A DNA stretch of 64,000 nucleotides, from the NCBI GenBank assembly GCA_010909165.1, contig VJWM01000044.1:1674001-1738000 (forward strand), written 5' to 3'. A program made the position numbers and the translations under genes. A model generated the notes under the pieces. That model did not search any database and was not told where the DNA came from. It saw only the letters and a program-made list of their open reading frames with translations. Origin of the DNA: Anthoceros angustus. Its lineage: Eukaryota; Plantae; Anthocerotophyta. Positions 38,231-52,370 of this stretch are shown here, in pieces. The number at the start of each line of letters is the position of its first letter. The first letter of the stretch is position 1.

Positions 38231-38364
38231 GAGGAGATGGTTCGTTCTTGTTGTTGAGGTTTGGCCCCAGGGTTTATCCGCCGGATTGTTGGCCGCCGTG
38301 TGACGCTTCCGAGGCACCTTCCTCCGCATGATCATCGTGATCATGTGTGACTGAGCACAAATTC

Positions 38365-39879
38365 ATGAGCGGTCCGGGCAGGCTTGCAGCTTCAGCAGGC
38401 GCAGGACAAGGACAACAGCAACAGCAGCAGCTAGGCGGGGGCGTGCAGGGACAGGGGCAACAGGCTTCATCGCAGAACAGCTCGGATTCCTCGATGCTTC
38501 TGGAACTCCCCTCCCACAACGTGGTAGGCAATACCGGCTTACTCACCCGATCTTCATCGCAGGGCCGACTGCACCAGTTCCAGCAGCAGCAGCAGCAGCA
38601 GCAGCATCAACAGCAGCAGCACCAGCAGCAGCAGCAACACCAGCAGCAGCACCAGCAGCACCAGCAGCAACTGCAGCAACAACACCAGCAGCATCAACAC
38701 CAGCAGCAGCAGCAGCTGCAAGGCAGCCTGCAGTCTCTGGGAGCCGCATCCGGCTCCGGCTATGGCGGATCGCCTCTGGCGCAGCTGGCGCACGTGCAGG
38801 ACCACCGACCCATCCAGCTCTCGGCATCGGAGCAGGCGCAGCTGCTCCACCAGGCCCGATCCGGGATGCAGCAATTCCACCACCTCTCCGGCCAGATGCC
38901 GTCACCGTCCTCGTACCACGGCGGCTCCCCTCACCTCCTCTCTTCCTCCGCCCTGCTCCGCCAGGCCTCGCAGCTGCACTACCCGCAGCAGCAGGCCAAT
39001 TCGCCCCCGGCTCAACTGCTAGGCTCGGTCCAGTCTCACCGCATGCACCAGGCGCACCAGCAGCAGATTCCTCAGCCGCAGCCTCCGCAAGCTCAGGGTT
39101 CAGGGGGTGGATTGATGCAAGGGCAGGGACCGGGACCAGGACCAGGACCAGGGCCAGGGCCAGGGCAAGCGCAGGGCCAGGGCCAGGGCCAGGGCGTGCA
39201 GCAGCAGCAGCCTGCGGCCCAACTGAGCCGGTACGAGAGCCAGAAGCGGCGGGATTGGCGAACGTTCGGGCAATACCTGCGCAACAGGCGGCCGCCGATC
39301 GCGCTCGGGAGATGCACGGGGGCCATTGTGCTGGAATTCCTGCGCTACCTGGACCAATTCGGCAAGACCAAGGTTCACATTCCCAGCTGCTCCTTCTTCG
39401 GGGTTATTGCTCCTCCCCAGCCCTGCTCCTGCCCGCTCCGCCAGGCATGGGGATCTCTGGACGCTCTGGTAGGCCGACTCCGTGCCGCATTCGAGGAGCA
39501 TGGCGGATCTCCGGAGGCCAACCCGTTTGGAGCCAGAGCGGTGCGGCTTTACCTGAGAGAGGTGCGGGACATGCAGGCCAAGGCCCGGGGCATCGCCTAC
39601 GACAAGAAGAAAAGGAAGCGACCTCCGTCGGGCCCGGGCGGGACCAGCGCAGCGGGAGGAGCTGCAGCTGCAGCACCAGATGCATCGGGTCCAGGCAGCA
39701 GTGGTGCAGGGGGATCCGGGGGCCAGCAACAACAACAACAATTGCAGCAATTACACCAGCAGCAGCAGCAGCAACAGCAACAGCAGCATCAGGGAGGGCC
39801 TTCGGGCAGCAGCAGCAGCTCCTTCGCTTCTGGCCCCCCCATGAGCACGTCGCCTGGACCTTCCACTCAAGAGCTGTGA
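38365..39879 (+). CDS. ALOG (LSH/G1) family transcription factor with long polyQ/GQ extensions, single exon
   Basis: [21 protein letters not shown]...[16 protein letters not shown]...[64 protein letters not shown]. The first ATG is at 38365 (the ORF track starts at a GTG). Confidence 0.97.
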   Translation: MSGPGRLAASAGAGQGQQQQQQLGGGVQGQGQQASSQNSSDSSMLLELPSHNVVGNTGLLTRSSSQGRLHQFQQQQQQQQHQQQQHQQQQQHQQQHQQHQQQLQQQHQQHQHQQQQQLQGSLQSLGAASGSGYGGSPLAQLAHVQDHRPIQLSASEQAQLLHQARSGMQQFHHLSGQMPSPSSYHGGSPHLLSSSALLRQASQLHYPQQQANSPPAQLLGSVQSHRMHQAHQQQIPQPQPPQAQGSGGGLMQGQGPGPGPGPGPGPGQAQGQGQGQGVQQQQPAAQLSRYESQKRRDWRTFGQYLRNRRPPIALGRCTGAIVLEFLRYLDQFGKTKVHIPSCSFFGVIAPPQPCSCPLRQAWGSLDALVGRLRAAFEEHGGSPEANPFGARAVRLYLREVRDMQAKARGIAYDKKKRKRPPSGPGGTSAAGGAAAAAPDASGPGSSGAGGSGGQQQQQQLQQLHQQQQQQQQQQHQGGPSGSSSSSFASGPPMSTSPGPSTQEL

Positions 39880-40485
39880 TTTGCTCATCGCAGCAACATC
39901 CAGGATCATTACAGGAGTTGGCTAGATTTTAGCATTTGTTAAACCCCCCACTCTGCCGGGAAGACCAGAAACCCTAAGTGTGTTTGATGGGTCAGGCCCC
40001 GCGGATTTTTTGATTCTCCCCACGCCACATGCTAACACACTTGCCTAGATGCTTAGATGCTTCACCTTCGCTCTGCTCTCATCACCTTCTCTTCTCCGCT
40101 CTGCCCTCCAAGGGAGAGCCCGAGCTACCCTTAACTATATCATTGGCCAACAAATTTCAAACTCCCCCTAGCTCTTCGTTAACCATTCTTTCTTTTATTT
40201 TCATGTAGCTACTAGATAAAGATTTCTATCTATCCATGTTTGGACAAAATATTTGTAGGTTATAGTTTCTAGGTCTCTAGTAAAATTAGGTAGTCAATCA
40301 TCCGGTCCTCCAATATGGTCATATCATTTCATTCTTTTGTCCAAAGCTGGAAATAATACGTCAAGGTTTTTTTTTCATGATCAACTCCTATAATTGTATA
40401 ACTTTATAATAATCAAATTATCATAATAATATATTATATTAGAGAAGTGAATATAACAAATTAAGGGAGAATAAACGTACTTGAT

Positions 40486-40957
40486 ACAAAACAAAGTCAA
40501 TTAACAACTTGATTTTGTGGATTGAAATGCATTGACTCAATGTGTTACTCGCTAGTTAGTTGGCTCCACAAAAAGCCTCAAACTCATAGATCAAAGAAAA
40601 CAGTGACAGTAGTGTGCTTGTGTTCTTTCATGAGGATTGTATGTGAGCATAGTCATAATTGCCGAGCACGCGCATGCATGCGCGTATCTAAGTATGGGGC
40701 TAAACCGCTAGATTGTCACCTTATATGTGTTTTTAGAGTGCAAAATGGATGTGGGTCTTTGTGCATACTTGGTGAGGCAGAATACTGATAGAAGGTCTCC
40801 CACGTCTAGGTCTCCCATCTTTAGATCTCACTCGGAGCGGGCCAAGGATACGATAGCGGGCATGTAAAATGCAAGCAAGAAGTTTAAAAAAAGAAATATG
40901 TGTACTATACAATAGTTTCAATCCACAAAATCAAGTTGTTAATGCACTTTGTCTTGT
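40486..40957. mobile_element. MITE-like element with ~40-bp terminal inverted repeats
   Basis: ACAAAGTCAATTAACAACTTGATTTTGTGGATTGAAA (~40491) matches the reverse complement of TTTCAATCCACAAAATCAAGTTGTTAATGCACTTTGT (~40916-40952). No clear TSD was seen. Confidence 0.7.
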
Positions 40958-41799
40958 GGATAGTTGGCATGTGAAAGAAAGAAAAGGCAAGCAAGAAGTT
41001 TTGGAAAAGCAAATCTACACTACATCATAATTCAGCTTATCGATGCATCCTGCGAAAATGAAGATATCACTAGACTTCCTTCTAGCTAGTGAGAGATTTT
41101 TAATAATAAGTCCATCGACATGGTGTGGCATACATACCTCTCTTTTTCTATACTTGGAATTTCATTACGGTAATAATTATAACTAAAATATTTTTTAGTA
41201 TCATAATATTTAATTTTTCCTCAATGCCAAGATTTTTTTCCTTTTTTAACACATCTAGGCAGTTCAAGCTTGAAAGCTCTTTTATGACCTTTCTTTAATA
41301 GTAGAAAAGCCAGTCCAATCGCAAAATTGGTATGTTATAAAAAACAGCATCTTTATGGTTTGAAGAACATCTTGTTAGCAATTCTTTACGTTTGTGCATT
41401 TCTAGCATTGCCTCGTCTTTAACACATGTAGACACGGGTCTTGTGTGAAAGGTGGATTATGACCATTCTTCAATAGCAAAGAGGTCAGTCTAATCAAAAG
41501 TTGTCCACTAAGGAAAACTCCATTTCTTTGTTGTGGAAGGGACCTTGATCCCATGGGTTCATAGTGGTTGTTGTAGAGCAACGTCCAGCTTGTACTTACA
41601 CAAAGCCACAACTTGCAATAAAGGCAGAGCTCCCCTAAAAATACGCTCTTGTGATACATGAGCCCACACAAAAGCTAATAGGGAAGAAACAAAAACTGTG
41701 GGGATAATTCTAGAGTAAAAGTGCCTCGCTTTAAAGGTACGGGTTGGGCATCTGAACGTGACGTGTTTTTTCCTTATACACAGTCAAATCTGCGTTGGT

Positions 41800-42385
41800 G
41801 CCTGCTGAAGCGTCAAGCTCAAGCCAACTATCGCGACTGTCGATGTAGGCTAGTCCGTAGCCAGCGGGCAATTCGCTCTTTTGCCCTGCAATTCACGCAG
41901 GAGCCATATGTGACGGGCACGTCTGTTCTTGGTATCAATTACAAGGATGGAGTTTTGATTGCGGCCGACATGGCTGGCTAGTATGGTTCGACCCTCCGCT
42001 ACAATACAAACGCAACAACTTCAATGCTCTGTGGAACACTCTGGTGCTTGGTAGAGTGAATGAGGGCGTTAAGCATTAGGGGTTGTGAGCATGACTGGGG
42101 TGAACTGCGAGGATGATCACGTTGCCATAGGGTTTGGCAACCATCTTGCACGTCCCATCTTTCGGCAGGAGTGGCGGGAGAATCTGAGCTACGAGGAAGA
42201 ATTGAAGCTGCTGGAGAAGTGTCTTCTGGTGCTGCTGTACCGTGATAGATCCTCAATCAACAAGTTTCAGATTGCCAACGTCACGGGGGACCGGCTTACG
42301 TTTCTGAGCCGTATGCAGTGAAGACAAACAGGGAACTCAAGGCCTTCCGCAATCCGACTGTCGGGGCAGAGTGTTCCGGGTGAGC
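41800..42385 (+). pseudogene. PBG1: Proteasome beta7 subunit (PBG1/PSMB4) pseudogene with internal deletion
   Basis: EPYVTGTSVLGINYKDGVLIAADMAG*YGSTLRY jumps directly to NFNALWNTLVLG, then FGNHLARPIFRQEW...LLYRDRSSINKFQIA. It contains stops and frameshifts. Confidence 0.9.
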
Positions 42386-42785
42386 TTCAGGCTTGTTGTT
42401 TTTGAACGATTTTTGTTGGAGACTGCAAACGGTCTCAACGCGTCCCACCCTGCTGGACACATTCGATCATTGACATAACCGGGCGGTGGATCGAATAGCG
42501 CACGCTAAACAAATACTTGCAAATGCGGTCGAAACCACTAGAGATCCCGTGATGCAATTCAATCGGTGCTATCTACTGTTGAGTCTGTTGACCTGGGTTG
42601 TCGGTGCTGAGAAATCGGTAGCGGAGCCAACCGATGTTGTTGGGAGTGTCACATTCAAACTGAAATGATTGACACCGTCAGCAAACAGAGATTGATCTGC
42701 AGAATTCCTCATCAAACGGGGAGAGGGCCCCTAAAAGAGTGAGGGCTTCCAGCCCTACGACCACTAGACGGTCAGGAATCTTTTT

Positions 42786-44696
<1,911 letters not shown>

Positions 44697-44998
44697 CTAT
44701 ATAAAGTAAACAGAAACAACATTTGCTGGGGGACACTTGGTCGCTGCCATTCTCCACAGCATGGAACAGACTCTCGACTTAAAAGCAGGGTATTGGCCCA
44801 AGGCAAGAAAGCCACTGATCAGACCCTGATCTGACAGTCTAGCAGATCACTCTGGTCCGAGAGTAACAGATTATGCTGTTCAAGGCTGGGACAGGAGGCC
44901 TATCAAATGCAAAGAAGTCAAATGATCAACAAATTGCTCTGCAAATAAAAGAGCCAGGGATATGTTTGAAGGTCGCCTGTGTCTGGAATCCAATGCAT

Positions 44999-46181
44999 CT
45001 ATTGGATCAAATTCCTAACCTCATCATACAAAACAAGAATCAATGCTGCCCCAGTTCCCCTGACCATGTTTGAGAAAGCACCTCTGTAGAAAGATTTGAT
45101 ACCTTCCTTGTTGTAGATATACTTCCAACAGTCCAAAGTGCTTTCAAAAGTGCGCTGCTGCAGACCTGACTGCATCATCATCCGATGCCGAACTGTATCT
45201 AAAGGATAGGAAATAAGTCCAGCTGACGTTGTCGCTCCCTGAGCCACAAGCCACCTTTTCCAGAAGGGCAACTGCTTTGAGTCTTGAGACAGATAGTCCT
45301 TCGCAGTGTCAAAACCCCCAAAATAGATGCTGCGATGCACTACCATACCTTGCAGGGAAGCTGGAAAGCCTCGGTATATACCTCTGAAGCCATCTGTCTG
45401 ATAGATGGTCCTCAGGAAGTGACTGATCCCCCTGAACTGACGTGCTTCACCCTTTCCCAGATCAGCTGCCAAGCGAGTGTGCGCTATGTCCAAAGGATAG
45501 ACAAAGACAAGACTTGTGCATCCTGCGCCGGCCCCTGCAAGAAAGTTGCTGGGAGCTCTGGACAAACTTCCCCCCTCGTGTGGCTTACCAGACGTTAATA
45601 GAGCCCGATACAGATCCTGCAAAAGACAGAGACCCACGGTTGCTTCACCTGCAATTCGTGCGTCTTACTGTGGTAACAGAAGGAGGAAGCGCTACCACCT
45701 ACATGAGACCCCGGGGCCGGAGACTTACTTTGAAGGCAAAGTTAAGGGCAAGTGAGGGATAATATCGCAGCACGCTCGTACCGTTTCCCCTCCACAACGA
45801 AAGCACTCCTTCCTCCTTGGATATTCTCATGATACAATCCAACAGCCCCTTGTACGGTTTTTTGCCGGCTTTGATGGCCATGTTGCTCTCCTGAGTCTGT
45901 AGCACCAGCTTTGCTCGCTCCACAGGCGCCACGATAGTGTGAGCCACACCACCCATGGCAGCTCCAGCAGCTAGATCCTTGGGGAAATTGCTCCATAGCT
46001 GCTGTTTGACAGGAACAAGTTCCGAATTCAAGCCAACTGCATCCTTGGCTGCCAAACCTTCTTCCTTGATACTAATTGCACCACTACTTTTGTCAAGAAC
46101 AGTCGGGGGAGGCGTGGTAGAGTGAGTTGCCGAAGAGGTGGCAGGCAAAGGGTTCATTCTACTGTGGAGATGACTTTTCAT
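44999..46181 (-). CDS. PM-ANT1: Plasma-membrane-type adenine nucleotide transporter (mitochondrial carrier family), 2 exons
   Basis: Exons 46181-45729 and 45616-44999, with a GT-AG intron at 45728-45617. KDLAAGAAMGGVAHTIVAPVERAKLVLQTQESN, SLWRGNGTSVLRYYPS, YPLDIAHTRLAAD and WKRWLVAQ..TTSAGL.SYPLDTV match the At5g56450 type. Confidence 0.9.
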
Positions 46182-46838
46182 AAACCTTCCTCATCTTCAC
46201 TGCGAGATTTGCTGACACATCATGCCTCATGCTTACGAAGACCGATCTGCCAGAAACAACCATAACAGGTGAGAAAACAGCCAGACGACCTTAAACCTCC
46301 AGCCCACGCACACAGACCCACCGGAGAGAAGAAGCTGCCCATATCTCACATTCAGACTCTCAGAGTTCTAAACAGCATTCAAGCCCCCGAGCTGAACGCA
46401 CAATCTCGGCGCATGGCAGCACAGCACAGGGCCTGGCAAGAAGATACTTAATCGACCCAAGAGGCTCGCCGCGAGTGACATCACGAGCATAATTGAAATC
46501 AAGCAAGGCAAGGTTCGACACAGCACATCCTTGATTCAGCGCATTGCCAGGACTCTCCTACCAGCTGCGGCGAACCCGAGCATACTGCTACGATGGCCTC
46601 GACTAGCTCTAACCTTGCGAATAGCCGACTAAGACTGCGAGCGATGCAGGTGGCCAGATATAAATGACAAAGTTCGTAGCGAGCTAAAAAATTCGACCAG
46701 GGTGCCCTAGGCCTCCACGTGGAAACCAACACCTAGGTGAATAAAAAATGTGATGAGCTGTGTAGTGTTCGACTGTCCGATCAGTGTATGTGCTCGAATG
46801 AGGAGCATCTGCATGTGCGTGAGTCAGATGTTGCGAGC

Positions 46839-49103
46839 ATGGCTGGGACATCTGGAGCCTCGGCCAGAGGCAGGGGAGTGCAGTACAGCGGATGCATAGC
46901 TTCTGAGGAGCTGGGCGCGGTGGGAGCGGGGATCGAGGGATGGCTGGACAATCCTGCCGTTGTGGTAGCAATGACGCAGGCTCATGTTGCCTTGGCCTGC
47001 CGGCAGGCTATGGTCATCGAGAGCGGGTGGAAGCACCCTGAAGATCCGCAGCCCTCGGTGCTGCTGCATGTGGAGTGCGTGGAGGTTGCTGAGCGTGTCA
47101 CTGCTCTGGAATGGGTCGTATTCCAGAACTGCGTGGCTGCTGCTGTGGGCACTTCACATGGTGCCCTGCTTCTCTACTCCCACAAGGGCACCTTGCTTCT
47201 GAAGCAGGTAACTTGGCAGAACCGTGATGGGTGGAGTAAGTGCTTGCCATCGGTCACGTTTGCACTGGCTCTGACGCAAAGGGAACGGATCGGTTTTGGT
47301 TCATATGGGTGACTGTGCCGTGCAGGTGTTCCCGTATGGACCTATCCTGCGCGTCAGAGCGCGTGGGAGCGGCAATATGTGTAATGATACATCGGAGGAT
47401 TTGTGTCTTCTTTTCCCCAAAACGATATTGCGGGTTGATGTGTATGACTTGCGGGTGAGTCGCTCTGTCCTATGTAGCTTCCTCTTCTCGGATGGTTTTC
47501 TCGATGGTTTTCTATCTGGTTATTGTGCCTAGAGTTGGCGATTTCTTCAAACCTTTTGACACCGTTCATAATATTTCCTGAAGTTGATGGTGCGCAGGCG
47601 TCTCTTGGAGACAGATGAAGCCAATGGGGAATGGGCAGTTGGCGAAAGATCCTCCGATGAATTCAACAAGCTCCAATATCAGATGTGGAAGGTGTCAGCG
47701 GGTTCCTCCCCCTGTGGTGATGGAGGTATCACTGGAGTTATCGCTCCTCCTTTGATGGAACTCGAGGTACACTCTTAAGACAGTGACAGTGATTCGTTAT
47801 GTGGCTTGGATGATCTAAGCTTTTTAGTTTATGAAGAATTCATTGGAGTTGGAAGCCATTTGCTTAGAGCTGGGGGCATTATGGTACTAAGGGCCGTGTG
47901 TGGGTCCTATCAACTCACGTCCAGTGATGTTTGCAAGTGGACACAGCATGGCAAGCGACACTTTTGCGTAGCAGTGGTTGGGGCCGATTATACTGTTGCA
48001 GCTTACAGGTAGACCAGCTTTCTGCATTTCCTATCCTTTTATGCTGCTATTTCCAGTTGCTGCTGGACAAGTAAACAAATGCAAGTCCAGGGTGTCTGAA
48101 GATAAGGGTGGTTCATTAGCGGGTGCACTACTTTCGAAGGGTGTGACGGCAACTGTGTCGACGATATCCACCTTGAGCAAGGTGCTTTGGCGAAGCGATC
48201 CACCAGCTGATAGCAGGCCAGTTGAAGTCAAGCCCCAAGCTTTTGCTAGAGGTGAATAAGTTCACAGGTTCACTTTGTCCTGCTCTATGTTCCATCCCAT
48301 CCACAGCTTAAGTTGCTCTATGTTGCTCTCCATCCAGGTGAACGGTATGTGGGTTTTGTTGTGCAGCTTCTGTCATGACTTCGTTCAAGGATGCACCTAG
48401 AAAGGGTGAAAGCATTGCGATCTCGCCGAGTGGCAATCTGGCTGCTGTAACTGATTCCCTGGGGCGAGTGCTACTGATCGATGTACAGGCTCTTGTTGTA
48501 ATACGCTTATGGAAGGTAACTACACATTGGAAACAGGTTCCTTTGGGTTGAACATATCGGACTAGGCTCCCTTTCCAATGATAAAAGTACTTGGGCTGTT
48601 TGCAGGGTTATCGTGATGCCAACTGCTATTTCCTAGAAGCTCCTTTCGCTGGAACTGCCGCTCTCTCCAGTTATGGGGACCTACGACCTGAACAGCTGAG
48701 CTCTGTGAGGAAGCATGATTTCTTTCTTTGCCTGGCCATACATGCTCCTAGACGTGGTGTTGTTGAGGTAATAAAAATTCTAAACTTTTGTGCGACGTGG
48801 AGTTTAGATATGCCCATTATGATTGTGCTTAGCTGCTGTGTGTCATCTCATGACTTGGTTTGTCTGCAGGTCTGGAAGCTCCGTTATGGTTCACGTATAT
48901 CAGTTGTAAGATGTGGGGAAAGCTCACGGCTGTTGCAGCCCTCCTGTAAATTTAGATCTTCCTCAGCTAATGACACAGAGCTTGGTTACTCGCCAGCACA
49001 AGTCTACATTTTGAATGGACAATCTGGACAGCTGTCTCTTCTCAATCCCTTCACGACCACATCAGACAAGTATGTTCTGCCTGGCCCGTCGTCAAATTTC
49101 TAA
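46839..49103 (+). CDS. RAB3GAP2: Rab3 GTPase-activating protein non-catalytic subunit (plant type), multi-exon
   Basis: Motifs include GCIASEELGAVGAGIEGWL, VTALEWVVF...GTSHGALLLYS, PPLMELE, LAAVTDSLGRVLLIDVQALVVIRLWK/GYRDANC, CLAIHAPRRGVVEV and VYILNGQSGQLSLLN. The exact 3' end is uncertain. Confidence 0.9.
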
Positions 49104-50374
49104 CATCCAATAGCCAGTCTCCCGAGGAGCAAAGCTGAGGTATTTTCTTGTATGGCAGATGAGTGTGGAGAACACGGGGATGCATCGAGTGTGGGTGTGG
49201 AGTGGGTTCAGACGACTGGTCTTGTCTCAGCCGTTTCTGGGCGTAATTGGGCTCCCGTCCGACTGGAGAAAACTCTCGCAATCCAAACTCTACTCTTCGA
49301 TAGCCATCTTGGACAGGACGTTGCTTAGGACCAGACTTCTGTACATGATTAGTGCTTAGGCCCGTAAATAACCGAGGAAACGGAAATACGTCCAAGCAAT
49401 TACTCCTCTCGTGTCCCAGTGGGGCTAAATAATTTGAGTGCTGGGACGAGTGTTGCAACAACGCACAGTATATTCTCGAAGGCACGTCAACCCCAGAATG
49501 ACCGACCGCCTCAAATCGAGTTTTAAGGTATGTCTTCGGGCTTCCCCGAAAATACGCGGCCCCAGTAAATCAAGCATGCTGGGAGTCTTCTTCCGCTTCC
49601 TGAATCTCATAGCGTTAAGAATCTCGATCTGAACGTGGGAGGATCTGCATCTGGAGGCAACCTCTCTCTTATACGTAGGTTTGGGCAAGGGGCGGTGTAG
49701 TGATAGGCCATGGCCTGGTACGAAACGTTTGCTTTTAACCTACCAGAACCCTTGAATTCGGTCCAGGTTGAGTTTTTCGTGCTGAATTTTGGTGAGGATG
49801 CTCCGCAGTGTGCGCTTACTAATCAGCCTGACATCTTATGGCCAGGTTACAAATGAATATTTGATTGCCCCGACTTCCAATTGTTCACGGTACTTTCTGT
49901 ACAGTTTCATTAATCTGGCTTTGGCAATTGTCTTCATCAAGGTCACAATAGACATATCTTCTCACTACATACCCTACAACTAGCATAGCTCCCAGTCCGG
50001 ATGAAATTGCAGCAAACAACTCTACAACTATCAGGCGGTACACACACGAACTCAAATTGATTACTTTATTTTAAAGAGGTTGTATCTTACAAATGTTTTC
50101 TTGAGTGTTAGATTGAATTCTATTGTCCAATTGGAATTCATCCTGTCTTTTCTCCGGATCAATGAGTATTTTGGCTTATGATTCTTTTACTCCTAATTCC
50201 AATTTATTGCTAACAACGTCAACATTAAAAACTCTTTGTTCCCATTTAAATCATGAACTCCACACATATATTCCTCTACATATGATATTTCTTCTTTATC
50301 AATATACTCTTCATTAGATTCTACAGCATTAACCATACTCACAATAGGTTCTTTTTGTATTTAAAATAAATTAA

Positions 50375-51730
50375 AGGATATGAAAGCTATAGTTTTATAA
50401 TCTCTTTCATTCCATTTGGGTCTGTAATAGAATGTTTCATTTAACAAATATATTCCATAGAATAAACATAGCTTTTATCCCCAATATCCTATCGAAATTG
50501 CTTGATCTTACCACCAGACATTCAACTTCAATTATTATCTCGTCAACAGTGCCTGGTTTTAAGTCTACACATAACTTACATCTAGTTTCTCTCATCACTA
50601 TTTCTAATTTACCATTGGCTACGTTAATTTTTCATTGAGATGGTTTAAAGTCACCTCTCCTGAGACCTAGTGCATATGCAGCATCTCTATGAAGAAGTGT
50701 AGGTTGAGCACCTGTGTAAAATAATACCTTCTCAGGTGCATATCTCTCCACTACTATATTGCAAGTGGTATTATCCAAGAATGCTGTTAATGGTTTTATA
50801 GCAGTTCTATCTGACTTTGGCCCATGTTTCAGACATAATAGTGTTATCTTCTCATTTTTATATTGATCATATGGTGTATTATTCATATATGCATCATCAA
50901 TTAATATATGCATCATCAATCCTTTCTGGAACTGGCTTTTCCTCTTGATCAACTTTTTTTGGAGGTTCAATTTTTTTCTCATGCTTATGCACTAGCTTAA
51001 AACCATGATCATCACCAACTAGCATCATTGAAGCATTTTTGTCTTCTTTAGATTCTATTAATCCTGATAGGAATGACACATCTTCTGGGATCTCAAATTC
51101 CAACGCTTCCAACGCTTCTTGCTCTTCAATCGAGAGCCGTTTTCCGTCTGAGCTACCTAGTCGAAATAATGTGTTAAACTTATTGGTAGAGATATAGCAT
51201 GTTCGAAAATGTGTTGAGCCAGTCGGCGCATCCAAGTTCCATAAAGAAAAAAAAGCTTCAACTTGGTTTTCACAATCCATTTCAAGTGCTGGCTTATTCT
51301 TCTTTTGTGCCAAAAGCCTAACATTATTAATCTCGTTCAAGTTATTGTAATAAGCATCATACTCCTCGTCCATCTCCTTTTCTAATATTCGTAATCGTTT
51401 AAGTGATTCTTGTTGCTCGCGATTCGCTTTTCCCCATTCTTGCTCAAGATGCTTTAGATCTCTTATTAAGTCATTTAGGTGGCTTTGCAGCTTACTAATA
51501 GTTTTGCTAGACAAATTATTTCTATAAGCTGCTCTTAGCGTAGTAAGGACATTATTCTTTTTACATTTTTTCAGTATAATTCTTGCACGTAATAAATCTC
51601 GTTTTCTCGTAGAATATTGTACTTCAAGCTTCTTCAAAGCAATTGCTCCTACATAACTAGTCTCGGGTGGCTCGGGATATTTGACAATAAAATAGGTATT
51701 TGCACACTTATTTTCTTGTTCGTTAGCCAT
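50375..51730 (-). pseudogene. Intronless proton-pump-interactor (PPI1)-like ORF fused to a disabled retroviral-type aspartic protease
   Basis: PPI-like motifs: YFIVKY, EYDAYYNNL..VRLLAQKKN..LE..CENQVEAFFSLW and SSDGKRL. Beyond a 19-bp duplication the frame continues VLFYTGAQPTLLHRDAAYALGL...*KINVANG...CLVVRSSNFDRILG, then (shifted) ETFYYRPKW. Confidence 0.7.
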
Positions 51731-51846
51731 TATTGCCGACTTCAATTGAATTGTTAATTGTATTGGTAGTGAAACACTAGACCTTCTCTCAAGTCTCCTC
51801 CCTTCCTTCTTATCCCCGTTTTGTTTATCTAGAGCAATTGAGGATC

Positions 51847-51854
51847 TTTATATA
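51847..51854 (-). promoter_or_regulatory. TATA box upstream of the PPI-like ORF
   Basis: The minus strand reads CCCTATATAAAG about 120 nt upstream of the ATG at 51730. Confidence 0.45.
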
Positions 51855-52233
51855 GGGTCCTCATAAGCCTAATTTAGCAATGCTCAAGTAAGATTTTTTT
51901 TTCTATATCAAAACTTTTCCTAAAATAGTATCATTTCATTATGCTCGAAACTCAATGTAGTAATTACTTACAGTAATAGAGAGGACTTTATGTAGTAAAG
52001 AGATATGGACCATCCTATCTACACTAATCACGTTGTCTAAACGGAAGGGGCTTTGTCTATAAAACCTCAAAGAAGTGGAGTGTACGTGTGACATAAAAAC
52101 ACTTCGTATAAGAAACAAGCTTCTTATAGATTATTTTATCAATTTTAAAAAATTTCAAACATCTGTAGAAAAATTATCTTTATGCACAAGCCAAAAAAAC
52201 AAAAACGTGTCATACGCCATCTAACATCTAACC

Positions 52234-52370
52234 TCTAATGGGGCTACACCCCCGTTGGTGGGACTAAATCCCCTTAGCTTGGTGCCCTCCTAAGGCTTGT
52301 TCTAATGGGGCTACACCCCCGTTGCCGGGGCTAAATTCCCTTGGCTTGGTGTCCTCCTAAGGCTTGTTCT
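52234..52370 (+). repeat. 67-bp tandem duplication
   Basis: TCTAATGGGGCTACACCCCCGTTG...CCTAAGGCTTGT occurs at 52234 and 52301. Confidence 0.85.

Noticed and set aside
49051-49688. Minus-strand ORFs (144 and 87 aa) downstream of RAB3GAP2
   Set aside because: They have no recognisable motifs or splice structure and are probably 3' UTR or intergenic.
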